Shown: positions 20,901-31,037, counted from the first letter of the stretch. The stretch: 64,000 bases of DNA from an uncultured Planctomycetota bacterium (GCA_963849325.1 CAWKHF010000006.1:782285-846284); one strand, 5' to 3'. The notes: a model not told the origin generated them from the sequence alone. Program-made: numbers and translations.

Positions 20901-21661
20901 GCCATATCAAGGTGAATGTCCCTCGCCGTGACCCGATCGACTGGGGCCGTATCGATAAAATCTTCAGAGGTGGTGGCGGGGCCATCGGGGGCGGTGGTGG
21001 GGGCAATGGCAGGGTCATCAATCCGATCGACTGGGGACGTATCGATCAGATCTTCGGGGATGATGGCGGGACCATTGGAGGCGGTGGTGGGGGTAGCGGA
21101 GGCCGTATCGATCTGACAACGGCCGGAGGTGGGGACGCCGGGTGCGGTGATTGGAGTTTTTACAAGTGGCTTTATACTGGAGACGGTTACACCTCGGATG
21201 CAATCTATGAGGCGTTGATGGCAGAAGGAGGCGAATACCTATTTCAGCATAGTCCGTTTCGGGGAGCCTATGTATTTGTTGGCGCTGAAGGAAGTCTTGG
21301 CCCTGAGCGTTCCGGCGGTGAGGTTCTCGGACTGGGCGGATATGATCTGAATGATGGTTTTTGGGGAGGAGGGCTCGGTGGTGTTAGCCTCAATGCCGGC
21401 CCCGTAGCAATAACGGGGGGTGTTGAGAATACGACAAATCATGGCGCTGAAGGAATTGTCTTGGTCGATCCCAAGCACCACGGAAGCACGCATGGCAAAA
21501 TACCTTGTGGAATGTTTTTTACAGGTGACGAGGTGGGGGTTTATGGCTCGAAATCTTTCAGTCGATTCTTTTTTGTTGGAGGAGGTGTCTATTTTTCATA
21601 CAGTAATCTTCCAAATTATTATGATAGCAATTATTGGATGGGTCGTCTTCCTGTAAAATAG
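14981..21661 (+). CDS. RHS/YD-repeat polymorphic toxin (2226 aa)
   Basis: Many YD repeats, core motifs QDANWNVTAL, ERYAYEPYG, NLYRW..P...DPTGL; AT-richer C-terminal extension. Confidence 0.92.
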   Translation: MMRWKHSIRIDLCPPEWLANAWATLRGWLKDSRVLSRRDFGPPRPWRRRVYLEVEALELRLLPAVDLSQFISTFNAGNTLPILAVASAYPAHGSTAGPGQDDLNTSGTPTPSVHNAFPGDNAIDESSTRNVGSDVPQRPQEQLGRPEHSPHRNPGRQPDPTPTTTPTPITPQVIGPHAKLPPNYVTGPSCNCGCPDEPGSTVQSAANTNATTSSASSSGATGGNGPVYTPGGGGTGGVAVQTTPQVETPYPVRFADGTVNIAETDLHSDAFGFAWGQTRSWSNGPGYATGSDNGNGWVDTYTPHLIQAGGWAPNNTLAVIANGTTAYYFDLQDDGSYQGRFSDPAKLTVNSSNDTYTLTDGQGDQIVFDGFGSSWLPAQKGQMQSYTDANGITLAVTSYTADGHIAEMQRSGTSNGNTVTESWLYSYLPSTDANAGLLQSVTLRQQTNGGAWTTVQQVQYTYYDGSQQYGGSLGDLMTATVLDGNNNVLSTSYYRYYTAGQANGYAGGLEYVFNPASYTRLTAALGTDLGDLTDAQVAPFADNYFQYDSQQRVIQEVAQGAGDSQTAGGLGTYTFSYTASNNAPGYNSWATKTVVTNPDGSTDTVYTNAYGQTMLIDHYDPISGLDTDNFYAYNDQGQLILQAAPSAVTGYDDSYADLLNNDQYLNSNSGLITRYDYYTTTTATETTAGGVAGYLEDKQIQQGQQGALVPQETWQYYAHAYGGQTVAPIATDTVYRNSDGTGAETTSYAYTWYSGTAEMQSETVSAPVISSAQNGPGTADVTTTVFDTNGNPIWVQDPDGYIQYFAYDPLTGALVTSIADVNTADTSEFTNLPTGWTTPTGGGLNLVTQYQVDDRGRTTKETSPDGNITYYVYLDAQHEERIYQGWNASSGMPTGPTEVIREDAADGYDEVFTMTAAPNLNPDGTPNGSEATSGLQSLTRDYTNDASQMIAEDDYFNLGGLAYSTGVMGTLNVNYYQTQYGYDSGGRLTRTQTANGTIYRTVYNSLGQPLSDWVGTNDTPDYGEWSPDNNTGTSNMVQVRSYQYDNGGVGDGNLTQVTDSPGLGQADRVTQLWYDWRDRVVATKSGVQYSENDGTNRPIIVTTYDNLNEAIETQQYDGDGVTPQIVNGVLQALDPSLLRAQEVDSYDDQGRIYQTQVYDVNPSTGAVSSTALTTNDYYGHRGNLIAESAPGGLWTKSQFDGTGRDVMDSTTDGAGGTTWAAAASVANDTVLEQQQTVYDADGNAIETIDSQRFDNATGTGPLGNPTSGIGARVYYAAAYYDNTDRVTATVDMGTNGGVAWTRPNTPPAASATALVTTYAYNGMGQVQDVTDPMGIVNRTYYDNLGRATETIQDYTDGTETDESNITTEYGYDGDNNVVYVRADEPGGAYQQTQYVYGVTTASGSGVNSNDILSAIQHPDPTTGIPSSSDQDSYLVNALGQTVQYTDANGNVHQYTYDVLGRLTADAVTTLGAGVDGSVQRIEYGYDSQGNLSLITSYDAPTGGNIVNQVQDGYNGLGQLTGEYQSHSGAVVPGTTPEVQYGYTEMSGGQNNSRLTQVVYPSGYAVYYNYASGLDSNISRLSSLSDGTGTLESYKYLGLNTVVERDHPQNHVNQTFIAQPNQSQTGDAGDKYVGLDRFGRIVSDNWYNTATQQSTGDFDYGYDQDGDVLYQQNLVDAAMSQLFQYNDLNELISYQQGTLNSTNTGIVGTPSASQSWTPDALGNFTSTTTNGVTQTETFNQQNEIASISGSGAVTYDANGNLTADGSGNTYVYDVWNRLVAIQNNGTTVAAYGYDGLGRRITQTDGGTTTDLYLSSAGQVLEERIGGVVQARNVWSPVYVNALVLRDQSSQGNGVLDQWLYMQQDANWNVTALMDTSGNVVERYAYEPYGAVTVLNPDGSVRGISAYAMPYLWQGERYDWVANLYHTFIRDDSPAIMRPLQADPTGQAAGLNLYRWEDDAPTYSLDPTGLDPTDEGHIKVNVPRRDPIDWGRIDKIFRGGGGAIGGGGGGNGRVINPIDWGRIDQIFGDDGGTIGGGGGGSGGRIDLTTAGGGDAGCGDWSFYKWLYTGDGYTSDAIYEALMAEGGEYLFQHSPFRGAYVFVGAEGSLGPERSGGEVLGLGGYDLNDGFWGGGLGGVSLNAGPVAITGGVENTTNHGAEGIVLVDPKHHGSTHGKIPCGMFFTGDEVGVYGSKSFSRFFFVGGGVYFSYSNLPNYYDSNYWMGRLPVK
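20933..21113 (+). repeat. 90-nt tandem repeat (two copies plus a partial) in the RHS C-terminal domain
   Basis: PIDWGRIDKIFRGGGGAIGGGGGG / PIDWGRIDQIFGDDGGTIGGGGGG / GRID. Confidence 0.85.
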
Positions 21662-21828
21662 AAAAAATGGTAATTATGTAATATAAGACTCAGATTTATG
21701 CTCGGTCACTACTTCCTGGTGATTGGGAGGCTCTGCCGCCTTCCCGGACTCCGCAGGTAGCTACAAGTCCGATTGGGAACGGAGGGAGACATGGTTTTTT
21801 TTCAGTATGAAGCAAGGAGACGTCTTCC

Positions 21829-22314
21829 TTGAAATCATTCTGCTTGTATCGAGAACGTCGTGTAATTGCTCCATCACGAGTCGTGGTTGATTACCAGCCA
21901 GAGGAATTGACACGGTTCCGTACAGAATTCGATCCGGTTGCTCGACACTATCGCCAATGTATACACATTGGATACATCTTTATTATCGTTGGTTTCGCCT
22001 GCATCCTACTGTGCATGGTCTTCCCTGTGTTCTCCTCCTGGTTTCTAGTCACTTTTGTTTTCTGCTGGTTGATAGTGATGCTCCTTGCCTTTTTATCGCC
22101 AGTGCCGGATTGCCCGGCGTGCCATAATGCGCTCGACCAAGGTGTAGGTGACTACTGCCCAGAATGCGGCGCGCATGCGATTCAGCGTGGCGATTGGTTC
22201 CGCGCGACCCAGTGCTTGTCATGTGGAAGAACCTTGCAACGAATTAAGGCACGTCACTACACGATTCGAGCTTGCACCCATTGCGGGGTTCCACTTGATG
22301 AAAAGGGGGTGTGA
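21829..22314 (+). CDS. Candidate immunity protein: two TM helices plus four CxxC motifs
   Basis: Directly downstream of the RHS gene, low GC; CPACH, CPECG, CLSCG, CTHCG. Confidence 0.6.
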   Translation: MKSFCLYRERRVIAPSRVVVDYQPEELTRFRTEFDPVARHYRQCIHIGYIFIIVGFACILLCMVFPVFSSWFLVTFVFCWLIVMLLAFLSPVPDCPACHNALDQGVGDYCPECGAHAIQRGDWFRATQCLSCGRTLQRIKARHYTIRACTHCGVPLDEKGV

Positions 22315-22380
22315 GTCAGAAAAGAAAAAGAGGTTGGTCGAGAAAAGGTCGAGAAAAGGTCGAGAAAAGGGGTCGGGACT

Positions 22381-23885
22381 GAATGGCGTTCGGTTAAGCC
22401 GCATCTTCTTGTGGTGGTGACGTTTGATGCAACAATCTCTCGCGCAGCGCGGCTCGTGGTTGGTTCATCAAGTCGTAGGGTTTGGCCCGACGTTTCTTCA
22501 CCCGCGGTTCCACGCGACCGGGACGACACGGTACTACCTGCAGCCGCGGCAATTCTTCGCCATGCCGCGCTTCCCGCAACCAACGCCACGCATCCGCGAA
22601 GCTAATACGTTCTGGTTCCACCTCTTGCTGTCGCGCCGCCTCCACCATCACCCGACGCACCAGATTATACACCAGCACGAAGACCAACAGTTCCTTCCAC
22701 ACACCTTGCCACGTCTCACAACGCAGCACGTCCATGCGCAAGGTCTGTTTCAGGTGACGCAGATTGACTTCCACGCCCCAACGCTTCTCGTACAGCCGAG
22801 CCAACACCTCCGGCGGATAACGCCGTCGATCCAACAGCGTTGTCACCAGGGTCAACTCCCGCACCCGGCAAGTCGGCGTCCGGATCGGCACACGCACCTC
22901 ACGGACCACCAGCGACGACGGCAAGGATTCATACTCCTGGCTGTCCATCCAGGCCGGACACTCGGCTGGCTTAACGTACTCGACGAGTTGATCGTCGCGG
23001 CCCAGCCGACGCAGCCAGCGCGAGCGGGGCAAGCCCGCTTCTGCCTTGCGGGGCTGACGGTTCGGCGCTACGTGCTTCCGCCGCGGCTTGAAGGAGATGA
23101 TAAGACGCTGATGGGCACGAAAGAGGCTGAAAACGCCTCGTTGGTGTCGCATCGCCAGGTGAGCATAGGAGCAGAAAGCGCGATCGCCGGCCACCACGTC
23201 GCCAGCCCGCAGTCCGCGGTGGGTCCAGGTCAGGTCGGCCAGGTCGTGCGTCCGTAACGGTCCCGGCATGACGTTGATCAGATAGCCGGTGTAGGCATGA
23301 AACTGCACCAGCAGGTGGGCCGTGGGGAAGCCGCAGCCTTGGGCCTGCTGGCCACTCTGACCGAAGGCGGCATGCAAGTCGGGCGTGTCCGGCATGGAGA
23401 AACTGGAACCATCGAGGAAAAAGACGCGATGACCATGCCACAAGGCGCGTGGGTCGTTGTCGCTGGAGCGGCAGCGGTCGAGGACGGCGACGCCCAGTCG
23501 TTGGAAGAAGGGCACGGGCAGGCGTTGTCGGGCCTCGCAGTAGGACGAGTCTGCGAAGGAAAGCTTGGCGAGGCGGCGGAGTTCGGAGACCGAGGTGTTC
23601 CCTTCGAGGATTTGGCGGATGAACAAGTGGGTGGTGACCAGGGGAGTCAGCCGACGCTGACGTCCGCCCAGACGGAGCGCTCGTGCGAGGGAATGGATGA
23701 GGGGGGCATCGATCCATTGGGCGGTAGCACCCTTGATGCGTTCGAGGGCTTGCGACATACTAAGCATGGCGGCCTCCTGAGATGATGAGGTCTGGACAAC
23801 TCCATCATGGCAGGAGGCTGCCGCCTTTCCAAGATCGTCAGAAGTTCAAGCAGCGAAAGAGGCTACGCTTAACCGAACGCCATTC
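22381..23885 (-). mobile_element. IS4-family insertion sequence
   Basis: 19-bp perfect TIRs GAATGGCGTTCGGTTAAGC (22381-22399 / 23867-23885); 11-bp direct repeat GGGTCGGGACT at 22370-22380 and 23886-23896. Confidence 0.93.
22394..23767 (-). CDS. IS4-family DDE transposase
   Basis: FLDGSSF, GDRAFCSY, LYEKRWGVEVNLRHLKQ (YREK motif). Confidence 0.92.
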   Translation of the reverse strand: MLSMSQALERIKGATAQWIDAPLIHSLARALRLGGRQRRLTPLVTTHLFIRQILEGNTSVSELRRLAKLSFADSSYCEARQRLPVPFFQRLGVAVLDRCRSSDNDPRALWHGHRVFFLDGSSFSMPDTPDLHAAFGQSGQQAQGCGFPTAHLLVQFHAYTGYLINVMPGPLRTHDLADLTWTHRGLRAGDVVAGDRAFCSYAHLAMRHQRGVFSLFRAHQRLIISFKPRRKHVAPNRQPRKAEAGLPRSRWLRRLGRDDQLVEYVKPAECPAWMDSQEYESLPSSLVVREVRVPIRTPTCRVRELTLVTTLLDRRRYPPEVLARLYEKRWGVEVNLRHLKQTLRMDVLRCETWQGVWKELLVFVLVYNLVRRVMVEAARQQEVEPERISFADAWRWLREARHGEELPRLQVVPCRPGRVEPRVKKRRAKPYDLMNQPRAALRERLLHQTSPPQEDAA

Positions 23886-24345
23886 GGGTCGGGACTCGTA
23901 GTTGTTATAGAAGCACTGGGGCCGAAGCCAGGGACGGTTGGAGGAACTATCGGGCAAATTTCCAAGGGACCGCCCCTAACTATCTGGAATAACACGGGCT
24001 CCGTTTGGTCGCAGGCCGGACACAATGGCGCTCCGATACGCTGGTGGTTCCCCGTGTTGAACCGAGAGATTGCTGCTCAATCCGGTGGCAAAGCTTGGTA
24101 CTGCTTCACTGCGCCCGTCAGTGCGTGGAACCGAGGGAATTATTATCTGCCGCCCTACATTGGAACGCATGGGGGAGCGGACTTGTGGAACTTGCTATTC
24201 GGACCAGAGAACTCATCGGGGGAGTAGACGTCCATGTTGTAGAGGATCTCATTATTCCGGGATGGAGAAGCGAGGTCCGTTCGCTATGGGAATTCCCCTT
24301 TTTTGGTGTCCGGATGAGCTGGGACCGGTCTGGTGGATTCCGGTA

Positions 24346-25074
24346 ATGTGCGCTGGATATCCGGTTTATCTACCTTCAGAAGCGTGTGTGACGCGAATCC
24401 TTGGTTCACGGCTTAACCGGTCTCGCACCGCTGGGGCTTCGCTCCAGACGAATTGCTTCGGTCTCGTGCTTGCACCGAGTTGGCCGGAAAGCCCGCCCCT
24501 ATCTAATCCGCCTCCTCTTGCCGATTTTGATGTAGTTGCGGAGCGTGCGTGTGGCCTTTCTGTTCCATGTGCCCATGTTTCATCTACTCTTGACTTGGAT
24601 GGTATCTGGGGTTGGGAGGGGTCTTCCTGGGTGATGCTAGGAGGAGATCGTACTCTAACCCCAGCGCTGCTTCGGATCCTGCTCGGGTCCGGCTGTTTGT
24701 GTTGTGGAGAAATGATGGGATGCAAGAAATACTACCTGACTTCGCAAGAGATTGCACTGCATTGGCCAACCCTTCTTCATTTGCCAGGTATTGAAATCGA
24801 TGTGGGAGAATGGGGCACAATTTTTGGATCTGATTCTCCTGCAGCTGGTAGGTATCAGAATGGAGAGATCAAGCGCGGTCCCGTTTCGATCGAGATGTTT
24901 TCTGGTCAGGGTTTCGATGTCCGTTCAAATCAGGACACATATTACATGGCTATCGATTACCATCAGAGATTCTTTGGATCACGCTCAATGGACAACTTAG
25001 TAGCAGAGGTAGACCTGGAGTTAGCACGACTTGCATGTATTTGTGTTGACAAGGTTCACATTCTTCGGCGCTGA
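24346..25074 (+). CDS. Hypothetical low-GC protein (start uncertain; ORF open from 24070)
   Basis: Long AT-richer ORF downstream of the RHS/IS region; no recognised motif. Confidence 0.45.
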   Translation: MCAGYPVYLPSEACVTRILGSRLNRSRTAGASLQTNCFGLVLAPSWPESPPLSNPPPLADFDVVAERACGLSVPCAHVSSTLDLDGIWGWEGSSWVMLGGDRTLTPALLRILLGSGCLCCGEMMGCKKYYLTSQEIALHWPTLLHLPGIEIDVGEWGTIFGSDSPAAGRYQNGEIKRGPVSIEMFSGQGFDVRSNQDTYYMAIDYHQRFFGSRSMDNLVAEVDLELARLACICVDKVHILRR

Positions 25075-25230
25075 TAGGGGAGAATGCAGAAAAGAAATGA
25101 GAAATGAGAAAAGGCGCCAGAAAAGAGAAAAGAATGGAAATTGGTGACATTCTAGGCATTTTTTGCTTCTTCCTTTGATTCTGCTGAAAAGCGAGCCGTT
25201 ACTTCACCCATTGGACGAAAGCGATGGCCA

Positions 25231-26929
25231 TTATCGACGCAGCGATTCGTGGCGTAGAAAATCGAAGTCGGCACCCAGATGCGCTTGCTGGATCGTCTGC
25301 TGATACAGCCAGGCGTAACCGCGCAGGAACGGACCGAGGTGGCGGCAGCTGTGCCCGACGTGCGTCCAGTTCGCGGGCCTCGACGAGTAATTCCAGGGAC
25401 CGACGCTCGGCATCCAGGGCGATGCGGTCACCGGTGCGGACCAGTCCGAGCGGGCCGCCGGCGGCTGCCTCTGGCGCGACGTGCAGAACGACCGTGCCGA
25501 ACGCCGTGCCGCTCATCCGCGCGTCGGAGATGCGAATCATGTCCTGGAGGCCGCGCAGCTTCTTCGGGATCGGCAGGGCGCCGGCTTCCGGCATCCCCGA
25601 TCCTCCCAGCGGGCCGGCGTTCTGCAACACGAGAATATCGTCCGGCGTCACGTCCAGGTCCGGGGCGTCGATACGCGCGGCGAGGTCTGACAGCGAGGAG
25701 AAGACAATCGCGCGGCCGGTCTTGCGCAGCAACTCCGGCGAAGCCGCCGAACGCTTGAGGATCGCTCCCTCTGGGGCGAGATTGCCGTGCAGAACGATCA
25801 GCGAACCGCGCGGCGCCAGCGGCTCACGGAGCGGGCGAATGACAGTCTGCCACGAGGGAAATTCATACGGCCCATCGAGAATCGCGCCGAGCGTGCGGCC
25901 GTCCACCGTCGGAACGTCGAGGTGCAGCAGCGGTTTCAATTCCTGCAAGACGACGCCCATGCCGCCGGCGCGGTGAAAGTCCTCCATGTAGCCCTGCCCG
26001 GACGGTTTCAGATCGACGAGCAACGGCGTCGAATCGCTGACGCGATCCAGCGCGTCCAGTGACAGTCTGATGCCACAACGACCGGCAATGGCAATCAGGT
26101 GAATGATGGCGTTCGTCGAGCCGCCGAGGGCTTGCAGCACGCGCCAGGCGTTCTCGAAAGACTTCTCCGTGAGCAGGCGTGCGGGCGTTCGGCTGGAACC
26201 GACCAGCGCCACGGCGCAGCGGCCGGCGAGTTCGGCGTGGCGCAGGCGCTCGCCGTAAACCGCCGGGATCGTCGCGCCGCCCGGCAGCAGGAGTCCGAGC
26301 GCTTCGAGCAGACAGGCCATCGTGCTCGCCGTGCCCATCACGCCGCAGGTGCCCGCCGTGGGAATGAGGCTGGACTCCACGCGCCGGATGGTATCGTCGT
26401 CGATTTCGCCACGGCGATAGCGGCCCCAGAAGCGGCGGCAGTCGGTACATGCCGCCACGCGCTCGCCGTCGAAGTCGCCGCTGAGCATCGGGCCTGTCAC
26501 CAGGGCGACGCTTGGCACGCCAGCGCTGGCCGCCCCCATGACCAGGGCCGGCATCGTCTTGTCGCAGCCGCCGACCAGGACTGCCGCATCGATTGGCTGC
26601 GCCGTCAACATCACCTCCACGTCCATCGACATCAGGTTGCGCATCATCATGGCGCTGGGGTTGAGGAACGGTTCGCCCAGCGAAATGACGGGAAACTCGC
26701 GCGGCAAGCCGCCCGCCTGCCAGACGCCGCGCTTCACCGCGTCGATCAACTCGGGCAGACCGCGATGACAGTGGTTGAACTCGCTGAAGGTGTTGACGAT
26801 GCCGACGATCGGTTTGCCCAGCGCGTCGTCGGATAGACCCATCGACTTGACGCAGGAACGGCGGAAAAAGGCGGCGAAATCGCGGTCGCCGTATTCCGTG
26901 AGATGACCGCCGAGACCGTGGGTAGTCAT
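25231..26929 (-). CDS. IlvD/Edd-family dihydroxy-acid / sugar-acid dehydratase (frameshift near C-terminus)
   Basis: GGCDKTMP, GTCGVMGTASTM, GGSTNAIIHL, GMPEAG, SDARMSGT, LHVAPEA. Confidence 0.9.
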
Positions 26930-27144
26930 GAGAAAAAAGTTCTCCGCTCCTCTGGAGAGGCGGTAACGGAATGCCGCTGGACACACGCGAAGCCGCAAGC
27001 GGCCCCTTTCGTTCGGGCCTCTACTATACCGATTCCGGACGAGACGGAGAAGTCGTGCGGGGGAGGCACGACTGCGGGAATCCCGTTGGCCTCGCCTCGC
27101 CTCGGGAGTAAGCTGTTTGAAGACGCCATACGAGAACAAGACCC

Positions 27145-28423
27145 ATGAAAGCGAAATCTCTCCTGATGGTCGGCTTCGCCCTGATCGGGACCAACTCCGC
27201 GGTCGCGGCAGCACTGTCGCCGGGCTATCACGCCAAGGTCGCGGTCGGCGCCCCAACGCGCATCGATTGGACCTTCGCCGTGGCCAATCGCAGCCTGGCG
27301 AGTCCGCCCGCCGACTGGCTGGGCGACTACGATTCCCAACGGCAATCGTATGAGCTGTTCGTGCCGCCGCGGCGCGATGCCCGGAAACCCTTGCCGGTCC
27401 TCGTCTTCATCTCGCCCGGAAACGAACCGATGGGCTGGAAGCGTTTCGAGAACGTCTGCAAGCAGCGCGGCATCCTTTTCGCCGGCCCGCGCGGCGCCGG
27501 CAACGACTGCCCATCGAAGAAGCGCGTGCGCCTCGTCCTCGACGTGCTCGACGACGTGCGCCGAAATTATCCGACCGACCCGGATCGGACGTACCTGGCC
27601 GGCTTCTCGGGAGGCGGACGCATCGCCTGCGCCATCGCCTTCGCCCTGCCGGAATACATTGGCGGCGCGATGCCGATTTGCGCCAGCGGCGATCTGCGCG
27701 GCGAGTCGTGGCTGCGGCAGCGTGTCATCGATCGCCTCAGTGTCGCGCTGCTGACAGGAGAGAAGGACTTCAACCGCGCCGAGGTCGAACGGCTACGCGG
27801 CCCTCTGCTGAAGGAAGTGGGTATGACGGCCCGCGTCTGGGTGCAGCCGGGCATGGGCCATGACGTCCCCTCCGAGAAGACGCTGCTCGAAGCGATCCGC
27901 TGGCTCGACGACTCCGCGACGCGGCGCCAGGAGGAAGCGAAGCGCTATCCAGCGTCGCGCATGGCTGGAACTGCCGCGCCCGGCCGCGCAGGAGCAGGCC
28001 AAGGCGCTATTCGCCGAGGCGAAAAAGCGGCTGGGCAAGCGCGAGACCCTGTATTCCGGTTTGATGCAGTTGCAGGGCTGCATGCAGCGTTGGCCGGACC
28101 TGCCCATCGGCGCGGAAGCCAAGAAAGTCCTTCTGGAGTACGACGGCCGCACGGAACGACCGTGGGAAGCGGACGACCTCGCCGAGCAGCGCCGTTTCCT
28201 CATCGCCCAGGCACGGGCCATCGATGCCTACGCCTGCGGCGATTTGCCTCCACAGTACGCCAAGGAACGGCCGGACGCCGCCCGACAGGCCATCCAACTC
28301 TGGGAGAAAGTGCTGGCCGATGGACCCGACACAGCCGCCGGGCGCGAGGCGAAGAAACGCATCCCCGCGCTGGAGAAAATCGCGGCCCCCGAGAAAGGAG
28401 ATTTATCCGAGCCTGAAGCGTAA
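27145..28423 (+). CDS. Secreted alpha/beta hydrolase (esterase-like); frameshift near 27980
   Basis: Signal peptide, YLAGFSGGG nucleophile elbow, GMGHD; helical C-terminal domain in a second frame. Confidence 0.75.
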
Positions 28424-28464
28424 GCGAAGGAACAGCAAACTTCGCTTACGCTTCAGGCTCGGAT
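28405..28464. repeat. Palindromic repeat, family A, overlapping the hydrolase stop codon
   Basis: TCC GAG CCT GAA GCG TAA encodes the terminal SEPEA*. Confidence 0.88.
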
Positions 28465-28480
28465 CTACGCTCCGGAAGCG

Positions 28481-29272
28481 TCACTCGCCGATCCAGGTCG
28501 GACGGCGTTTCTGCAGAAAGGCGCTCATGCCCTCCTGGGCGTCCCGGCACACCGCATTGTCGGTCATCACCTGCGTGGCCCGCTCGTACGCCCTCGACTC
28601 ATCGAGGGCCAGCTGATCGTAGAACGCCTGCTTGCCGATGCGCACAGTCAGAGGGCTTGAGGCCCGGATGGCGTCGGTGAATTCCTGGACGGCGGCATCC
28701 AGCTCGCCGGTAGGAACGACGCGATTGACCAGTCCCCAGGCGAGGGCTTGCGCGGCGGAGATGGCCTTGCCGGTCAGCAGCATCTCCAGGGCGGCGCGCG
28801 GCGGGATGGCGCGTACCAGCGGTACCATCGGCGTCGTGCAGAACAAACCAATTTTCACGCCCGGCGTGGCGAAGGTGGCGGCGTCGGCGGCGACGACCAG
28901 GTCGCAGGTGGCGACGAGCTGGCAGCCGGCTGCCGTCGCCAGGCCGTGGACCCGCGCAATCACCGGCTGCGGCAGGGCGCGGAATTGCTGCATCACCCGC
29001 GAACAGAGCGCGAACAGCTCGCGGTAATCCTCCTCGGAACAACCGACCATCTCACCCAGGTCGTGGCCGGCGCAGAAGGCCGGGCCTCGCGCCGCCAGGA
29101 CGACGACACGCACCCGAGCATCGGCGGCGATGTCCTCGAGGATGGCGTTCAACTGCAACAGCAATTCCCGCGATAAGGCGTTGCGCTTGTCGGGACGGTT
29201 CAGCGTCAGGTGCATCACCTCGTCACGCACCTCGGTCAGAAGGATCGGGGCGCTGGTGGCGACGGGTTGCAT
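28481..29272 (-). CDS. Enoyl-CoA hydratase/isomerase
   Basis: [41 protein letters not shown]. Confidence 0.92.
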   Translation of the reverse strand: MQPVATSAPILLTEVRDEVMHLTLNRPDKRNALSRELLLQLNAILEDIAADARVRVVVLAARGPAFCAGHDLGEMVGCSEEDYRELFALCSRVMQQFRALPQPVIARVHGLATAAGCQLVATCDLVVAADAATFATPGVKIGLFCTTPMVPLVRAIPPRAALEMLLTGKAISAAQALAWGLVNRVVPTGELDAAVQEFTDAIRASSPLTVRIGKQAFYDQLALDESRAYERATQVMTDNAVCRDAQEGMSAFLQKRRPTWIGE

Positions 29273-29306
29273 GGAAAGTTCTCCTTTCGCCAGCCGCTTG
29301 CAGTTT

Positions 29307-29372
29307 GTTTAGCCGCGACGCGCAGCGGAGCGCGGAGCGTCTCCCGCGCTCCGCTGCGCGTCGCGGCTAAAC
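29307..29372. repeat. Palindromic repeat, family B
   Basis: Matches the 6172 consensus. Confidence 0.88.
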
Positions 29373-29385
29373 GAAGAATGGACCC

Positions 29386-30847
29386 TTACAGCTGACGCAT
29401 GAAGGCGACGAGTTGCTTCTTCTCCTCGGAGGACAGCTTCGTCTCCAGAATCAGGTTGAAGAACTCGACCGTGTCCTCCAGGGTCAGCAGGCGGCCATCG
29501 TGGAAGTACGGCGGCGACTCCTTGATGCCGCGCAGCGGGAACGTCTTGATCGGACCCTGAGTGGTGGCATACAGGCCGTTGACGGTTCGCGGCGTGTAGA
29601 AGCGCTCGACCTGCAAATCGTGCATGGTGTTGTCGGTGTAGTAGGGGGCCGGATGACAGGTGCCGCACTGCGCCTTGCCGAAGAACAGGTGTTGCCCCTT
29701 CATCTCGGCCGTGTCGGCGGCGAACTTCCTTGGGTCGAGCTTGCCGTCGATGCCGAGTCCGGGAGCGGGCGGGAAGGCGAGCAGTTCCTGGAACTCGGAC
29801 ATGAAATGCACCTGGCTGCCGCGCTCCAGCGGGTTGATGCCCTTGGCCGACGCCGAAACCTGGTCGCCGTCGAAGTAGGCGGCACGCTGCTCGAACTCCG
29901 TGAAGTCCTCGATGGTCTTCAGCGCTCGCTGCGAGCCGAACAGACGCTGAATGTGAACGCCGCGCAGGCTCGGCGTATCGAGGCGGCGGCGGTGCGATTG
30001 CGGGCGGATGTCGCCGACCAGGTGCGTCGCGGCGGACGTGTGGCCGTTGACGTGACAGTCGAAACAAGTGACGCCTTGCATGCCGATGGCCTGCTCGGTC
30101 TTGCGATCGGCGGTGGCGTTGAACTGCTGCTGCGGAAACTGCGTGACGAGCAAACGAACGCCCTCCAGGTCCTTCGAATTGAGGATGCCGTTGAAGATCT
30201 CCTGGAAGTTCTCGACCGTGACCAACTTGCCCTTGGAGACGTCGCCCAGGTCGGGCCGCGTGGTCAGGTAGATGGCTGGCGGGAACTCCGGCAGGAAATG
30301 CTCGGGGATGTCGAAATCCAGATCGAAGCGCTGCAAGCGCGACAGCTGCTTGATCTCCATCTGCGGGAAGACCATGCCGCCGACCTCGTGATGCGGATGC
30401 GGCAGGGGCAGGAAGCCTTGCGGGAAGACGCCTTTGTCGCGGACCTCGTCGGGCGCCAGGGCGGCGAGTTGCGCCCACGTCATGCCGTCCGGCAGGCGCG
30501 TCGCCGGGCCGACGGGGATCGGCTTGCCGCGCGACATCTTCACCTTCTTGTCGGGCTGAGAGCGGAGGTCGTAGCGCTTTTCCAGGAGTTGGTGCTGCCG
30601 CGCCATGACCTTGTCCTTGGCCGCCTTGTCCTTGGCCATCATGGCCGCGAATGTCTCCTGGCCGAGCAGCACCGGGCTGATCTGGTCGTAACTGGTGCGA
30701 ACGGGGGGTTGTCCGGCGCCGTCCTTCGGGCGCGTCGACGTCTCGTTTGGGCTGGGTCAGCGAGGGACGGGCCAGGTACAGGCACAGGAGGCAGACGGCC
30801 AACCACGGGAGCCATCGCCTCGTTTGCCAACGGTTTTCGACTTGCAT
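29386..30847 (-). CDS. Di-heme cytochrome c (peroxidase/MauG-like); N-terminal frameshift(s)
   Basis: CFDCH and CGTCH heme motifs, DTPSLRG, PYFHDGRLLTLEDTV. Confidence 0.82.
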
Positions 30848-30954
30848 GAGGACCTCCACACGGAACGACGGAACAAGCGGTGGGACGAACGCTTGTGATC
30901 TTATTGCCGCGCCGGGCGGGAGGGTAGCAAGAAACCGTCGAGAAAGCGCTTCCG

Positions 30955-31015
30955 CGTTTAGCCGCGACGCGCAGCGGAGCGCGCAGAGCGCTCCGCTGCG
31001 CGTCGCGGCTAAACG
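30955..31015. repeat. Palindromic repeat, family B
   Basis: Matches the 6172 consensus. Confidence 0.88.
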
Positions 31016-31037
31016 AACTCATTCGTAGACACGACGT

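Noticed and set aside
20933-21113. DGR template/variable repeat pair
   Set aside because: Adjacent in-frame tandem duplication; differences are not adenine-specific and there is no reverse transcriptase gene.
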